NCBI GenBank assembly: GCA_030324005.1
Contig: JARDVH010000193.1
Location: 94,808,905 to 94,872,904, forward strand
Direction of reading: 5' to 3'
Origin: Negaprion brevirostris
Taxonomy: Eukaryota
DNA: 64,000 bases
The position numbers were made by a program, and so were the translations under genes. This document shows, piece after piece, positions 14,101 through 29,100 of the stretch. Positions within the stretch are counted from its first letter, which is position 1. Each line of letters starts with the position of its first letter. The notes under the pieces were generated by a model. That model searched no databases. It was given only the letters and a program-made list of their open reading frames with translations, and was not told the DNA's origin.

Positions 14101-17100
14101 CTGCACATTGGCTTTGTGACGTTGAGAAAGGAAAATGTGTGTATGTAGATGTTGGTTGAGGACCAGATTGAACTGAGTTGTGATTTGTCCTGTAGATAAG
14201 CAGCCGAGCATTTTCAAAACTCACGCATGAGTACTGATTGTTTGACTGCAGTACTTTAGCACAAGCAGTACCTGTGGAATCACATCCCAACAAGGACTCA
14301 GCACCCACCAGAAAGGAAGGAAATTGTGGCTGAATATCAGGGAAAATTAACTAAAAAGAAAATTAGAAAAATACCTTTGTTCCATGATGAGGCCCCATGT
14401 GTCTGGGTTGCCCATAGTTCAGGATTCTGTCTGCTCTTGGCTAGGCCTATCTGTTCTTTCAGTTTGATTATCTGTTTCCATTTCTGTAATTTTCAGGTTA
14501 TGACTGCCCTACAGCAGAGGGAGTGTTTGATTATGCTGCGGCAGTAGCTGGGGCCACTCTTACAGCTGCACAGTGCCTGATGGACAAAAAATATCAGGTG
14601 GCAATAAATTGGCCTGGGGGATGGCATCATGCAAAGAAGTGAGTGTTTGGAAAATCATTTCTTTACCCGGCAAGATAAAATCAAAAAATTACATATTTCA
14701 AAATAGCATTGTTCAATTTATTAGTTGAATTGTCTTTTGTGTCATTTAATCTATCCATTAAGTTTTTAATTGAAAACTTGGCCTTTTCTTAAAGCCTGGG
14801 CATAGACTCGATAATTTGCTCAAAAGTTTTGCTGCTGTCTGTTGAATTTAGATTGTTCACTCCGAACATGTTCGGTGTACCTAATTTCCCAGGATTCATC
14901 AGTTTTCAGCTGTAATAATATTCCTTGCTGCCTGGTATTTTCTTCCCAGTAGCTTTTCGTGAAATAATCTTGAAACACACAGGCTGAATTTCAAAAGCTG
15001 TAATAAAATTTAAAAGCTCCTGCATGTGAAAGAGAAAATGACACTGATTACACGCATGTTTTAGGTTTGTGTTCTCTAAGCTTATACTAAATTAGAGGTG
15101 GACAGATAGATGAGGTGAAGAGATATGTGTTGTTAGGGTGCTGGACCTGAACCCCAATGTATTTTATGAAGCCAGATTAGACCCCAACGTTTTTTCTGTT
15201 TGACATAAATGTGAGGAAAGGATGCTTTGCTCCAGAAGTAATTACACTGACAAGTTTAGGGATCTTTCATAGTCAAAAAAACTTTATTTAATACCATAGT
15301 TCAAATATAATTCTAACAAAGCTTAACTATTAACTGTTGAACAATATTTAAAAAGAAACTGAAACAACTTTAATTTCTAACTCATCACTGTTTCAGTGAC
15401 AAATAAGCAACGTACAGTTCCACTTTAAATACAGTTATTGCCCATAAATATACTTGCTATAATGAGTGCAGACAGTCTTGAAGCTTTCAGAGAAAGAGAG
15501 AATGTTTCAGCAGCTTGCAGAAAACCTGTCTCTTCAAGGAATTCCCAGGCAGAACTGAAAAGCTGTTTTGTCAGCTACAGAGCTAGCTCCTCCCATTAAC
15601 CACACAATCACATGACCTGCACACCTAAGCCTGCAAGGTTCTAGCAGAGAAATAGAAACAAGAGGTTTCTATGGTTTACCACGCAATAGTGTAGGTAAAA
15701 GCATGCATTCAGATTGAAGAGGAAAAACAAGCATATGTAAGGATGAGAAAACAAGGTTCAGTTGGGTCACTTGAAGGTTACAAGGTAGCTAGGAATGAGT
15801 TAAAAGGGCTTAAGAGAGCTAGGAGGAGGCATGAGAAATCCTTGGTGGGTTGGATAAAGGAAACCCCAAGGCTTTTTACTCTTATGTGAGAAATAAAAGA
15901 ATGACTGGGATGAGGTTAGGGTCAGTCGAGGATAGTAGTGGGAACTTGTGCAGGGAATCAGAAAAGATTGGTGAGGCGTTGAATGAATACTTTTCTTCAG
16001 TGTTCACTAAAGAGAGAGGCCATGTTTTTGAGGATGAGAGTGTGATACAGGCTGGTAGGATGGAGGAGGTAAATGTTCTGAGGGAACATGTATTAGCAAT
16101 TTTGAAAAACCTGGGGGTTGATAAGTCCCTTGGGCCAGATGGGATACATCATAGGATACTTTGGGAGGTAAGGGATGAGATTGTGGAGCCTTTAGCTTTG
16201 ATCTTTGGGTCCTCACTGCCCACAGGGATTGTGCCAGAGGACTGGAGAGTGGTGAGTGTTGCTCCTGTCTTTGTATAAACAGTTATGGTTTAATATTCTT
16301 GAACTGGGGAAATGTTTGAAATTTTTTTTAGGTCTGTATGTTGTTGAATTCTACTTTATAATACAGCCTTAAGAACATTTAATATAGATACCTTTGTACC
16401 ATGGTTGATTGGTGTAGCATTGAACTGGATCACTGAGGGATGGGATCTGAATCTGGACCTGTGATTTTTCTCATTTAATAGAGGGAAAGTAGAAAATACA
16501 TTGTGGTTTTTAGCTTGCTAAATAATTACACTGGCAGAAATTTGTGAGCAGGTAGTTTCCTACCCTGACTGGCAGTTTGTGCATGACACAAGAGCCCTAA
16601 AAAAAAGAGAAAATAATGACAGGGATAGGAGAATAGAAGTAAACAAGTATTGAGAATTTGTTTTGCAACATGGAAGAAGTCTGTTCATCCCATTGTGTCT
16701 GCTCTGGCTGACAGGTTGGCATCTAGCCAAATCCCATTGTCCAACTCTTGGTCCATAGCCTTCTGTGTTATGGCACTTCATACCCAAGTATTTTTAAATG
16801 TTATTTTCCAGGGTTNNNNNNNNNNNNNNNNNNNNNNNNNNNNNNNNNNNNNNNNNNNNNNNNNNNGCCTCACCAGTACCCTGTACAGTTGCAGCAAGAC
16901 CTCCCTGTTTTTATATTCTATCCCCCTCGCTATAAAGGCCAACATTCCATTCGCCTTCTTGATCACCTGCTGCACCTGCAGACTAGGTTTTTGCGATTCG
17001 TGCACAAGGACCCCCAGGTCCCTTTGCACCGTAGCATGATAGCAGTATTTCAAGTCACTTTGGTTTTCTTAAAATAAACTTCACTCTTCACTTTTCTGTA

Positions 17101-20100
17101 ATAGGCTTGAAAATGTAAGTACCAGTGATTCTGAACTTGCCACCAACTGATTTATATATTTTTGTCAATCAATTAACCCTTGTCTCCACATAATGAAAAA
17201 AATAGAATTACAGTTAAGCACGGCAATGCCTTCACACAGTACCAATATTTTAAAACTGTTCTATACAATCTTAATTTAACTACCTTCAGAACTAATCTCC
17301 CTCATATCTGTTCAGCAATTCCTTATAGATTTTAAAAGCTATAAAAGGCCATTAATTCTTTTACCACACAGTGCCTTTAATTTCTCTTGAGATGTCTTCT
17401 GAGGATAACAACAACTAGCTTTTCAGATCTGGCTGCTTTTGCACTGCTTACTGAGAATTGCCCAGCAATTGCTGCCGTCTGCTGAGATATAATAGGTTTC
17501 TAATAGACTCATAAGCTTCAGTATCTCCTTAAATACATTATTTTCCTTTTAATCTCGCTACTGTCTCCTACAGTCTCATTAGAAATGCTTTCTCACAGAA
17601 TTGATTAACTTTATTTCTTTAGCTTTTAGAATTTTAAAAGAGAAGTAAACTCACTCTGTCAATACTTTACCTTTGACATCTTTCTTTTACACCCTGCATC
17701 TCTTCTCCTTTGAACCATTCAAACCTTCTATGCTGTAAATATCCTTATTAAATTACTTTATGGTAAACATCTGTTTGACATATTTCTAAACTTATTACCA
17801 TATCAAAGCCACAATTTAGATTCTCACAATCACACTGCCCCTAGTTTAGTCACCACTCACATACCCCAGCAGTTAAAAAATGATAAGAATATTACCAAAT
17901 GAAAAATATTACAAGTTCTTGGATTTTTCTGATACTTGGCACACTTGAGATTGTTCAACAATTGCTGTCCAGTTGCAGAATCACTATGTTATGTGTTTTT
18001 CAAGCATAGGGTGGTTGTGTAAGGTCGATAGTCTGCTATTGTGAGCAACCAAGGAGTTGGGACGTGTGGCTACGAACCTGGCATCATACCAGCACTGTAA
18101 TCCATACACCACATTACTCATCTGTGTGGTAATCAAAAACATCTTTTTGGCTTGACGTCACCATCCTGTTAATGGAAATTACCATTTGTGTTGCTATTGC
18201 AAAGAAGCAATGTAAAATGTCTAGCTTCACCTTTTGCTCAAAATTTTGAGACATCTTGCCCTTCAGGGTAATTTGAGGTAGGTTGGGTACATTTCAGGAC
18301 CGAGAATGGTGGCCTTGGGTCCATTTGCGATTTTGTGCAACATACAGAGAGCAGTAATTTGATTGGGGCTGTCATTATCCCTATTTAGGTTTGCATAATG
18401 AGCAAATGTCTCTGGCCAAGTTTGAGATTGCCAATCAAGCAAGTCTTGTAGTGTGTGGAGCTATAGGGAATCCAAAGCATATATTGACCAGTGAAGGTAG
18501 GCATGTTATAGGCCGGTTAGTTTAACGTCTGTAGTTGGAAAAATGCTTGAATCCGTCATCAAAGAAATAGNNNNNNNNNNNNNNNNNNNNNNNNNNNNNN
18601 NNNNNNNNNNNNNNNNNNNNNNNNNNNNNNNNNNNNNNNNNNNNNNNNNNNNNNNNNNNNNNNNNNNNNNTGATCTTATTGAATGGCGGGGCAGGCTCGA
18701 AGGGCTAGATGGCCTACTCCTGCTCCTATTTCTTATGTTCTTATGGTAAATGCGATAGCAGAGTTCTCACCAACATATCAAGGAATGAGAGCTGGCCAGA
18801 CCACTCCATTTCAAAGGAGAATTTGAATATGGACTGGAGCCCATTTAAGGTGTATCAGGAAATTCATACGTGCAGCTTTAAATACAGTAAACTTATCATC
18901 CACATCTCTAAAATCTTGCCAGTGACACCCACAACCCATTAATAAATTTTAGTTTGAAGTTGGTTATTACCACCTGGAGAAAAACCATCTTGTTCTCATT
19001 ATCTATTTGTTTTTTTCTTAAAGAGATGAAGCATCAGGGTTTTGTTATCTGAATGATGCTGTGCTTGGCATATTAAAACTGCGGAAGAAGTATGATCGAG
19101 TTTTATATATAGACCTGGATCTACACCATGGTGATGGTAAGATTTAATATTTCAATTCATCTTGATTACAATATCATGACAAAAGTTATAAAGAAACCAC
19201 ATTACTGATGGTAAGTTAAAGGATATTCTGTGTTATAAGGGCACAAGCATTACTATACATGCATTCTGTTTGTCTGCTTTGAAACTGAAGCTTTGTGTAA
19301 TCCCGTATGTTTTCGAAGGCTGGAGAATTTAATTCCCGTACCGTGCTGGGGTCAGTTAGAGGTGAATTGCTTTTCATCAGATATTGAGGCGAATTAAAGT
19401 GGCAGGAAATGAATGACTTCTAAGTATGGCAAAGCGTGATACGTGACACAGGACAGATATATCACAAAAACCTTTAGAGTAAGATCATATGAATAGGAGT
19501 GTAAGTATGCCATTTCATCCCTTAAAACTGCTCTGCCGTTCAGTAAGATTATGGTTAATCTAATTGTGGCCTTAATTTGACTTCTGCTGACAACCCACAC
19601 CCCACCCCACCCTTCTGAAAAATTCTAGATCAAAAAACTAATTTAGCCTCTGGGGAATTGATTTTCTAAGAATAACAACTCTCTGAAAGAAGAAATTCCT
19701 CTTCACCATCTTAATGAGGGAGACCCCTTATTTTGAAACTGTGCCTCTTAGTTCTAGATTTTGAGAGGAAACGTTTTCTCAATACCTACTCTGTCAACCC
19801 CTCTCAGAATCTTAAATGCCTCAAGAAGATTGCTTCTCATTCTTCTAATCTGTAATTATCTATTAGCTCTTGCATGCAAAACTTCTTGTCTGTAAAGTTT
19901 GACTTCCTCTTGCCTTGTATTCATCACATGTTCTGCATTAACATTTTCCTTTGCACTTTTCTATATTTACATTTGGAATAGATTTCTGTGTCTGTCACTG
20001 TGATTATATTATCTGATCACTAGGTTCCCATAAAATACACAGCACTTAAATCTCAAATTATTTCCTCAGTAACTGAAATTTCTAATATCTAAAATAAGAG

Positions 20101-23100
20101 TTTAAATAATGTAAATTTAAAATATTGTTTATTTCATTATGACATTATTACATTACTTAATTTCTTTTAATTTCTTTACTGAACTTTATACTTGCTTGCT
20201 CCAAATGTCCGGGTTTAGACTTATTGACCCGGACTTTGTCATTTCAATACCCCAAATGATTGAGATGCTTACTGCTGTCGAGGGCCGCAGTGATACTGCC
20301 AGTGCATCCACTTAACATTTTGAATCTGAAAGTTATGGTGCACCTGAATAGGCTTTGGAAGAGCTATGCTGATGACCCCACTGGGACTAGACAGCGTGTA
20401 AACTTGTACTGATTGCACTGAACTTAGCCCAATATTTGTACTGATTTATTTACAGCTGCTCCTAGCAGGCGTACAGCCTGTTCAGAAACTCAACTCTTTA
20501 AATAAACAGGAATGCTAAAACACACGAGCATTTCTGACACCACCCCTACCTCCCCATGTCAGTTGTTCACCACCCACCCCCTGCAAAACCCCTGCCCCCT
20601 CAGCTGCTCTCCACTCCTCTGCCGTGTACCCTACATCCAAGGTTCCTCTCCACTGCAGCTTTTCAGCCCCATCTGTGTTGGAGAAGATCCAGGAGTGCAG
20701 GGGCAGTTGGGTGTGGCAGTGGGGTTGGAGGGCAGCTACAAATACAAGTTATCCATTCTTGATTTGATCTATCATTTAAATCACATGGTTGTCACTCTGC
20801 TAAGATAAAGATAGACCTCAAAGGTAAGCACATAGTTACTAATGTATATCTCTGCTTTGCCGCTGACTGAGAGATCCAGGCCAATTATTTTGTTCATTGC
20901 TGTAACTGAGGTGAAATTGAGTTACGTGGTATGAATGTATACAGATTAATTAGAATCTGTACTACACTCAAATGTACTGATGAATATTTTCCTTTAGGTT
21001 ATAGCACTTATTGATTATATATTTAATTTTTTAAATAATGTGACAGTGTTTTAGATAGACACCTGTAGATAGAGGTGTAGTTTCATTAGTTCCACGAACT
21101 TAAAAAGTATAGCAAACTGAGGGAGCAAAAAGACTACTTAACATTGTGGCCATTCTGAAAAATTGAGAATGTTGAGAGCATACATTATCTCACCTATGTT
21201 TTATTGGTGGTTAGCCAAGCCATCATTGATAGCTTGCCCCCGGGGAATATTGTGGTTAGATAGCGGCCGGAGAGAGCAGAGATGGACAGGGCAAGACAGG
21301 GAGAAGAGCAAAACACACGAGTAGAGAGAGTGAGCTTCTTTCTCAAAACAAAGTGCAACCTTAAAGCTTGTTAAAAAGAAAACGTCTCAAATTGATGTGA
21401 CATTTGAGGAGCAGTATTCTGGGTAGACTCCATTTCAATCTAATCTCCATTCCTAGAACCTTTGAATGTTTAGATTTAATGCCTTGTCAATTGCATTTAA
21501 TTTAGTAGCATTTTAACATAAATTAATCTAACAAGTTCTTCCAAGCCAAATATTAAAAAAGTGTAAATGTGGCAGTGATTATTACAAAGAATGAGAAAGA
21601 AAGGAGAAACGTAAAATATGAATGGAGGGAGAGAGGTAGATATGCAAAATGAATTTATTCTTTGCTTTGAATGTGCAACGTACACTATTGAGTTTAGACA
21701 GTCTGATTGAAACATTAGTTTAGTCAAGTAGAAGCATGACATGTTTAAAAATATAAATGTACTTGTAATACATGCTGGAATTTTCGCAATAGACCCAACT
21801 GTATTGTTTTTTGTTCCAATTACCCCATTCCTGACTCTAGTTTGATCCATGAAGACATCAGAAGAATTGTATTAGAAACCTGCAACGTTTGCTGTTGCAT
21901 TTTCTCAAAAGATAACTTTAAAACTCACAGAGGAATTGAGATATTTTTTGAAGTGTACTGCCCGGCTTTCCAATGACCTGGGTGGACGTCTGTCAGTTTG
22001 AAATAAGTTAGATGTTTTAATACTTTAGAGATAAAAATGAGATGGTGTCATAATTTATTGCAATTGGATACATTTATCATGAATTCTGAAATGTACCTGT
22101 TGAAATTAGTAGAACTGCTGCTCTTAATCCTGATAAATTGAATAACTAGTTTTAAACCAATGAGAAAGGGAGTTGAAGGATTCAGTTGAGGGGAAATGTA
22201 TAAATTACAAGAGAAACATCAAGGCCATGGGCTAATGTGGCAATCTGGCTAAAGGTAAGTGTGTGAGAGGAAGCGACAAAAACATTTATGTTGACAGTGA
22301 TTAAGATTGAATCAAGTAAAATGCTAAAATTTAAAACTCCTTATTTAAATTCATGAAGTATCTGTAACCCAATAGATTAAATAGTGACACAAATAGAAAT
22401 TAATGGGTTTGATCTAATAGCCATTACAGACACATTTGTGGTTCTGTGGTGACCTCATTTGGGAATTAAATGCTCTGGTGTGGTGAATATTTTGAAAGCA
22501 GACAAATGGGAAAGAGGGAGGTAGGATAGTCATTTTAACAATGAATACATAGGGATATTAATGAGGAAGTATCTTGGCTGGGAAGAGCAGGAAGTAGAAT
22601 CAGTCTTGGCAGAGATAAGAAATGAGGGGCAGTAAACAATAATGACAATAGCTTAGGGGTCCTGTAACAGTATGGACAAAGTATTAATCAATAATTAACT
22701 TGTAGCAAAGCTAACATACTAATAGGGTGTGGATTTGAATCTTCAAATAAACTGGATAAATCAAACTGATGGAAGTAATTTGGAGGCTGAGTTCAGGGAA
22801 TGCATTCGGGACATTTTGTAGAACAGAGGGTGGAACTATTCAAGTAGCTGTATTAGATCTAGTCTTATGCAATGAGACAAGTTTCATTAGTAACCTCATA
22901 CAAAGGGATCTTCTGATGAAGAGTGATGATAATATGATTGAATTGCACTTTGTGTTTGAGAATGATGTGCACAAGAACAAGTCCAAAAATAGTGTTAAAC
23001 TCAAGTAAAGTCAATTACATAGATATGAGGGATGATTTTGTTGGGTGGTTTGGAAAATTAGATTAAACTTTAGATAAGCAATGGTGAACATTTAAAGAAA

Positions 23101-26100
23101 TAATTCATAATTCTCAACAAATATATATTCCATTGAGAAATATAAGTAATACATGAAAAATGACTGATCTGACAAACTAAAAAAGTGAAAATTGGTATTA
23201 GTTTGAAAAGAGCTTTATTGCCCAGAAGTGTAGTAAACCTGAAGATTGGGCAAGGACCAAAAAGCAATAACAGATAACACAGATTGATAAAGGAGAATAT
23301 AGAAATGAGAGTAAGCTAGCAAGAACTATACAAACGAATTGTTAGAGCTTCTATATGTTGTTACAATTTTGAGATTTGTAGGATTATATTTTGGAACTGT
23401 AGCTTTAAATTTAGGGTAAATGAAAGGGAAAATTTAGGGTAAATGAAAGGGGTTATGTGACTGGTTCTACAGTCTGCCAGGCATAATCTGGGTAGTTTGG
23501 ATGTAAAAGATCAAAGAAAGGCTTAGATTGTTGAACTGAGAAGAAGGTGTGAGATATTTATGCTTAGAGACAATAGCAGCAATCTCGTTCACAGAGTATA
23601 GTCTAGAGTATCTCAAAATCCACAAAGCTGTTGAATGCATTGGGTTACTACTCCATAATTATGGCGAGTGCTGATAGCTTTGATTATTACTCTTATACAA
23701 AAACATTGATTTGTCTGTTAATCTGCCCTTTAATCTGTGGTTTAAAAATAATGTTGTGAATTTTGCAAGACCCTGTCACAATCCATTAATGTTCTGGACA
23801 CAGTCATAAGCTAATACCAGTTGTACTACTTGGTGTATCTTGATATATGTCTTGAAACATTAGAAAATGTCCATGTGCAAAAACGGAACTATTGGGGCAC
23901 AATGCGATATTTAAATGTTCTCCCTTTCTATGAAATTAATGTGATTATGTCCTTTATGGACAAATGGAATGTTTATAGTCCTTTGTTATAATACTTGATT
24001 TTGTTGGTTAAACTTCCTTTTTAATCTTGAAAAATTGTCTCCTCATCTTTGTTTTGTTACACAGCACAAATTCTTGATTAGGTTAGTAAGCCAGTGACTT
24101 TCCCCCAAATCTTCATGAATGCCAATTTAAAAATTGGCAATCAGAGGTGCTGGGCAATTCCCTGAAGTCACTACTGTGCTGATTGTTCTTCTCTGTCAGA
24201 GAAAGATCTGGCCTCCCTCAGCACATCCTCATTTGGCTACAATATGTATGTTACTTTGATCAAAAGCCGGAAAGGATCCATAGGCCTACAACTCATTAGT
24301 GCTACACGTTATGACAATATGTTAACAGTCATTTTTGAGACAGTTTGAAAAGGTTAGTCTGCATTTACGAAATTGAGCAGCCTTTTCTTAAAGTTGATGG
24401 GGCTTATTGACTTTATTGATCCAGTCAGTGGTGTTCTTTGTCTTATATTTTTTTGTCTGCAGGTGTAGAAGATGCATTCAGTTTTACGTCAAAAGTAATG
24501 ACTGTATCTTTTCACAAGTATTCACCTGGATTCTTCCCAGGTAGGTCTGCTGTCACTTCAGTCCTTCTTCTGGAATGCTGTATTGATACAGAATTTTCCT
24601 TTTTATGATTTCTTATGGTTATTTCCCAAGGGACAGGCGGTGTGACAGATATTGGAATGGGAAAAGGAAGGTATTATGCTGTGAATGTCCCTTTACAAGA
24701 TGGCATTCAAGATGAACTGTATTATCAAATATGTGAAAGGTAGGAACTGCTATAAAATTCAGTCAAGTCCTGATTAATGCAAAATTACTTTTTTATAAAA
24801 CATGCTTGAATTGGGGTTTCCCTGTATTTCATCTACAGCATATAAGTGGGTTTTCTGCCTGTAACTCACCCTACACACAAATGAATTCCTGATACCTTCT
24901 GCATTGATGCAGGGCACACATGAACTTTTAGGCTAAACGTCTTCTAGCAAGGGAAGAAGGTTCATAGGGCAATTTCCTTCAGCTGATATGCAATTTCCAG
25001 ATAACTATCAGTGTGATTTAGGCAAAGGCAACCTATGACTTCTGAGGTTTTGTCAGTAGATGTTGATTTCTGAACAATTGTGTGCTGCACACTCCTGATC
25101 ACTTGAAACTGCATTGAAACTGCCCGGTCTCATTCGGTCTGTCATTATTATAGTCAGTTGACAGGGAACACTTTAAAATGTTATTAATCTGAGCAGGATT
25201 TTAACTTTGTTGCAGAGGTATATAGACAATATACTAACACTGCATGAACCTCTATCCCACTCATTAAGTCTTTATTACTTAATCAGTGCAATGATCAGGA
25301 TCATTTCAAAGGCAGATCAATCAGATCATTTCTTCATTGACTTGAAATGAGTAGGTTTGTCATTGATTTAGCAAGTCAAAATAGTTTATAACATCACATA
25401 GTATCCTAGCTACTTAGATTCATTAGTTCCCTACCTTTGACAAAATTCAGGTCTTGCTCTGGTCTGGAACTAAATCAGCTTTCTTTTATTCAAGTCCAGC
25501 TTTGCTAAAATATGATTGTGAAGACCAAGATATTGAATGATCAATTTTCAAATGTATGATGTGGTGACAGTGCAGGCAGGAGACTTCCATTGCAAGCACT
25601 CCTTTACATCAAAACATTGTTACACCCGGGATAGGAGGAGTGCACGGCTGATTGAGCCCCACTACTTCACAGGTTGTACCATTCACACAACTATTTAATT
25701 CACTCACCAAGATAGCCAATCATTTACCTTTGATATTATTAGACCCAGAATAAAAGAGATTTTAACCAGGCTTCTTTCAATAAACTCAATGATTGATTTA
25801 TTATTAAACAAAACCACTTTTTAAAACAAGTTGCAAGAACTGGTTAACAAACAGTTTGTAATCTGGCAGTGTAACTATCATTTCTAAGATAGCACACACA
25901 CACACAAACAAAGGACAGATCAATCTTTGGGTTCTCCCCCTCATCTCAGCCTCTCAGATTTCGAAATAGAAACAAGTTCCACTGAGATGAGGATTGCTAC
26001 CTGGAAACAGGTAAGCCACGCTATCTTTCAGGTATGGCATGGAGACTAGGAGTTAGGTATCTTTGCCCTTCTTGTTTTATTCCCAACTGAGATTATAAAA

Positions 26101-29100
26101 ATAAGTTCAAAACATAAAATTAATTTCCAGTAAATCACCAGGGCCTTTATCTTTAAATGTTTTTTTTCTCTCAAGCTGTTAAACTAATTACAGTTCAAAG
26201 AAGCAACTAGNNNNNNNNNNCTCAGGTGCCACGCTGGTCATTTCCCTGAAGATATGTGTGATACCTTGGAAAAGGCATGCTTACTTACAGCCCAAGCTGA
26301 ATTTATGACCATTTAAAAAAAAGTTCCAGGTCAGCTCACAAGTAAAATGAAGCAATCTTTCCAAGTTTTAAAAAAAAATATTTCTTGAAGATGTGGTTTC
26401 CCAATAATGAAGCTTGGTGAGGGGTGGGACCGAGTGCCTGTGACTGAATTTTACCACCCCTCCAGGAGCAGGCTGGGAAGCATGTGAAATGGTGAGGAAA
26501 GGCCAGGGGTGAAGAGACCATTGTCCTCCTGCACCAAACCATTTCATATGGCTAGCTGGAGGATAGTAATTGTACCCAGGTGCTAATTAAGTCAGTCATA
26601 TGGCACATTAAGGGTCTTTTCCAGCCACTACTGGAATTTTGCCAATGGCTAGTGTGCTTTTAACCTTGTGGAGAAACAACATTGTGTGCCTTGACAGTCT
26701 CCTTGTGAGCTTGGAGGGTGGGGAAGGATACATCTTTTGGTGCACTGTGACCCATGGGGTGGTGTCTCCTATCCCCAGCTGCACTGCCTGTCGTGCGGCA
26801 ACCATACATCACTTTCCCGACACCTTACCAAGTTGCCTGATTGACCTTGAGGCCCCCCCAGAGCCCACTTAACCTGGTTGGGAGGGCAATGCTTCCATGG
26901 CATCCTCTGCTTCCAAATGCAGTTACAGTAGTAGTCAGCAGTCCTACTACTGACAACTACTGCGCTGTTGACCTCCCGATTGGCCAGCAGCTCCTAGGGG
27001 CTTGGGCAGGGATGGAAGCTGCAGTGGCAATTAATTTGTTGCCTGACCCCTGTTGAATGCAACTGGTGTGTCTCAAAGGCTAAGGTGAGGTCACTGCCAG
27101 TTTTCCGGACTGTCACTGGGACCCCCACTATGATGACAAAGTTCAGCCCAATTTGCATGTGACGTGTTGGGACCAAAAAGACATTCATTAGCAAACACTG
27201 TTTCTGATGGTCTCAGCACAAGTTGAGCATACTGATTATTGTGCACTACATGGATGGATCCATTACCTACAATACCATTGCTCATTCCTTATCGTTGTAC
27301 AGCCACTCTTTTTATAAGTGTTTTGATCCTGATATTGTGGGAGCTCCATAGGCTGACGGGAAAATTCCAGTTGGCCTTTGATCGATGTCCTTAATTGGCC
27401 TTTCAGTTACCTGATCAAACCATCTGCCACTTATCTTCCTGAAAGTGGGGATGGGAAGATGGCTGGCAGCATGAAATTAAGAACTCATCTGCCTGAGTTC
27501 TCACCCCATTGGCCTCCAAATATGCTCTCCCTCATATCTGAAATATATATCAAGAAATTCCATCAAAATGTTGCATGCAATTTCAACCAAAATTTAGCTT
27601 TTTAACAATATTTTCCCCCTTCCTTCTCTTTGGATCTTTCTCTAGGTTACACCAAATCCAATGGTGAACTAGCAACTTTTTCACAGGGCTTTACTGTGTA
27701 CCGGCTGGATTTTTAAAAATTCATTCATGGGGCATGGGCTTAGCTGGCTGGCCAGCATTTAGTGCCCATCCCAGTTAGAACATAAGAACGTAAGAAATAG
27801 GAGCAGGAGTAGGCCATCTAGCCCCTCGAGCCTGCCCCGCCCTTCAATAAGATCATGGCTGGTCTGTCGTGTCTCAGTCCCACATTCCCGCCCTCTCCCC
27901 ATAACCCTTAATCCCCTCGCCTATCAAAAACCCATCAACCCGCGTCTTAAAAATATNNNNNNNNNNNNNNNNNNNNNNNNNNNNNNNNNNNNNNNNNNNN
28001 NNNNNNNNNNNNNNNNNNNNNNNNNNNNNNNNNNNNNNNNNNNNNNNNNNNNNNNNACATCCTCATAGAACTCCAATAAATTCGTCAGACACGACTTCCC
28101 CTTAACGAAACCATGCTGCGTCTGCTCTATTAAACAATTCTCCTCAAGATGCCTCGCTATTTTCTCCTTGATGACGGATTCTAACATTTTACCTACAACA
28201 GACGGCCTATAATTCCCTGCCTTTTGCCTGCCACCCTTCTTAAACAACGGCGTAACATTAGCCGTTGTCCTTGAGAAGGTGGTGGTGAGCTGCCATCTTG
28301 AATTGCTGCAGTGCATGTGCTGTGGATTGACCTACAATGCCATTAGGGAGGGAATTCCAGGATTTTGATCCAGTGACTGTGAAGAAACGGTGATATATTT
28401 CCAAGTCAATCCGAGGAGGATGCTAAACAGAGTGCTTTGCTCTCACACTTTGACACTTTCCGTTCCAAATGTAGAAACTGTTTAACTTCTGCATTGTAAA
28501 TATTATTGGCAGAGTTGCGATCAGGAACTTGCTAAATGGGAACAAGAGTGTCCTGCCACTTAATGACATGGTATGCTGATGCACCAGCAGTTAGTTGGTT
28601 TTTCCAATATTCAAATTCCACAAGGCAATTGTTTTTCTTCATTATCAAGTCTTGGTGAGTTAATTGGTGTTTCAAATTCCAATTAACACTCTGCAAATGA
28701 TTATCAAGATCTGACTGTGTTGCAGACAATGTCAAACCTCCAGCTGAAACTATTTCTTGTTCGTCATAGTAAAGCAAATGTACTAACCAAAAGCCCAGCA
28801 CAAATAAACCAAATTGCTTTTTTTCATGTCAGTTTGTTCCATGGTATGTGACCTATATATAACTTGAAACATCACTGCTCAGAATTTGTGGCTGGAATGA
28901 ATTATTGAATATTTTCTACACCCTTGCAAACTAATATCCTGTATCAATCATTTATTTATAAAACTGGAAATTTCAGACAACAGAATTGAGAATTCTTCTG
29001 CAAAATCTATATTGATGTTTCATTGTTAACTGTGTCTTCTTATAATTTTTAGTTGTCAATGTCTTACAGTTTCAAATAGTTAAGTCTCTAATGTAAGTCT

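Noticed and set aside
13926-14120. U2 gene interrupted by a Keno/Utopia target-specific retrotransposon
   Set aside because: The extra sequence after nt ~36 is only ~27 nt and looks like a U2 self-duplication, with no retrotransposon ORF. Not fully excluded as a remote origin.
15131-17913. A single large LTR element (TG...CA) with nested CR1s
   Set aside because: The composition is LTR-like in parts, but there is no TSD and the internal gap prevents confident boundaries.
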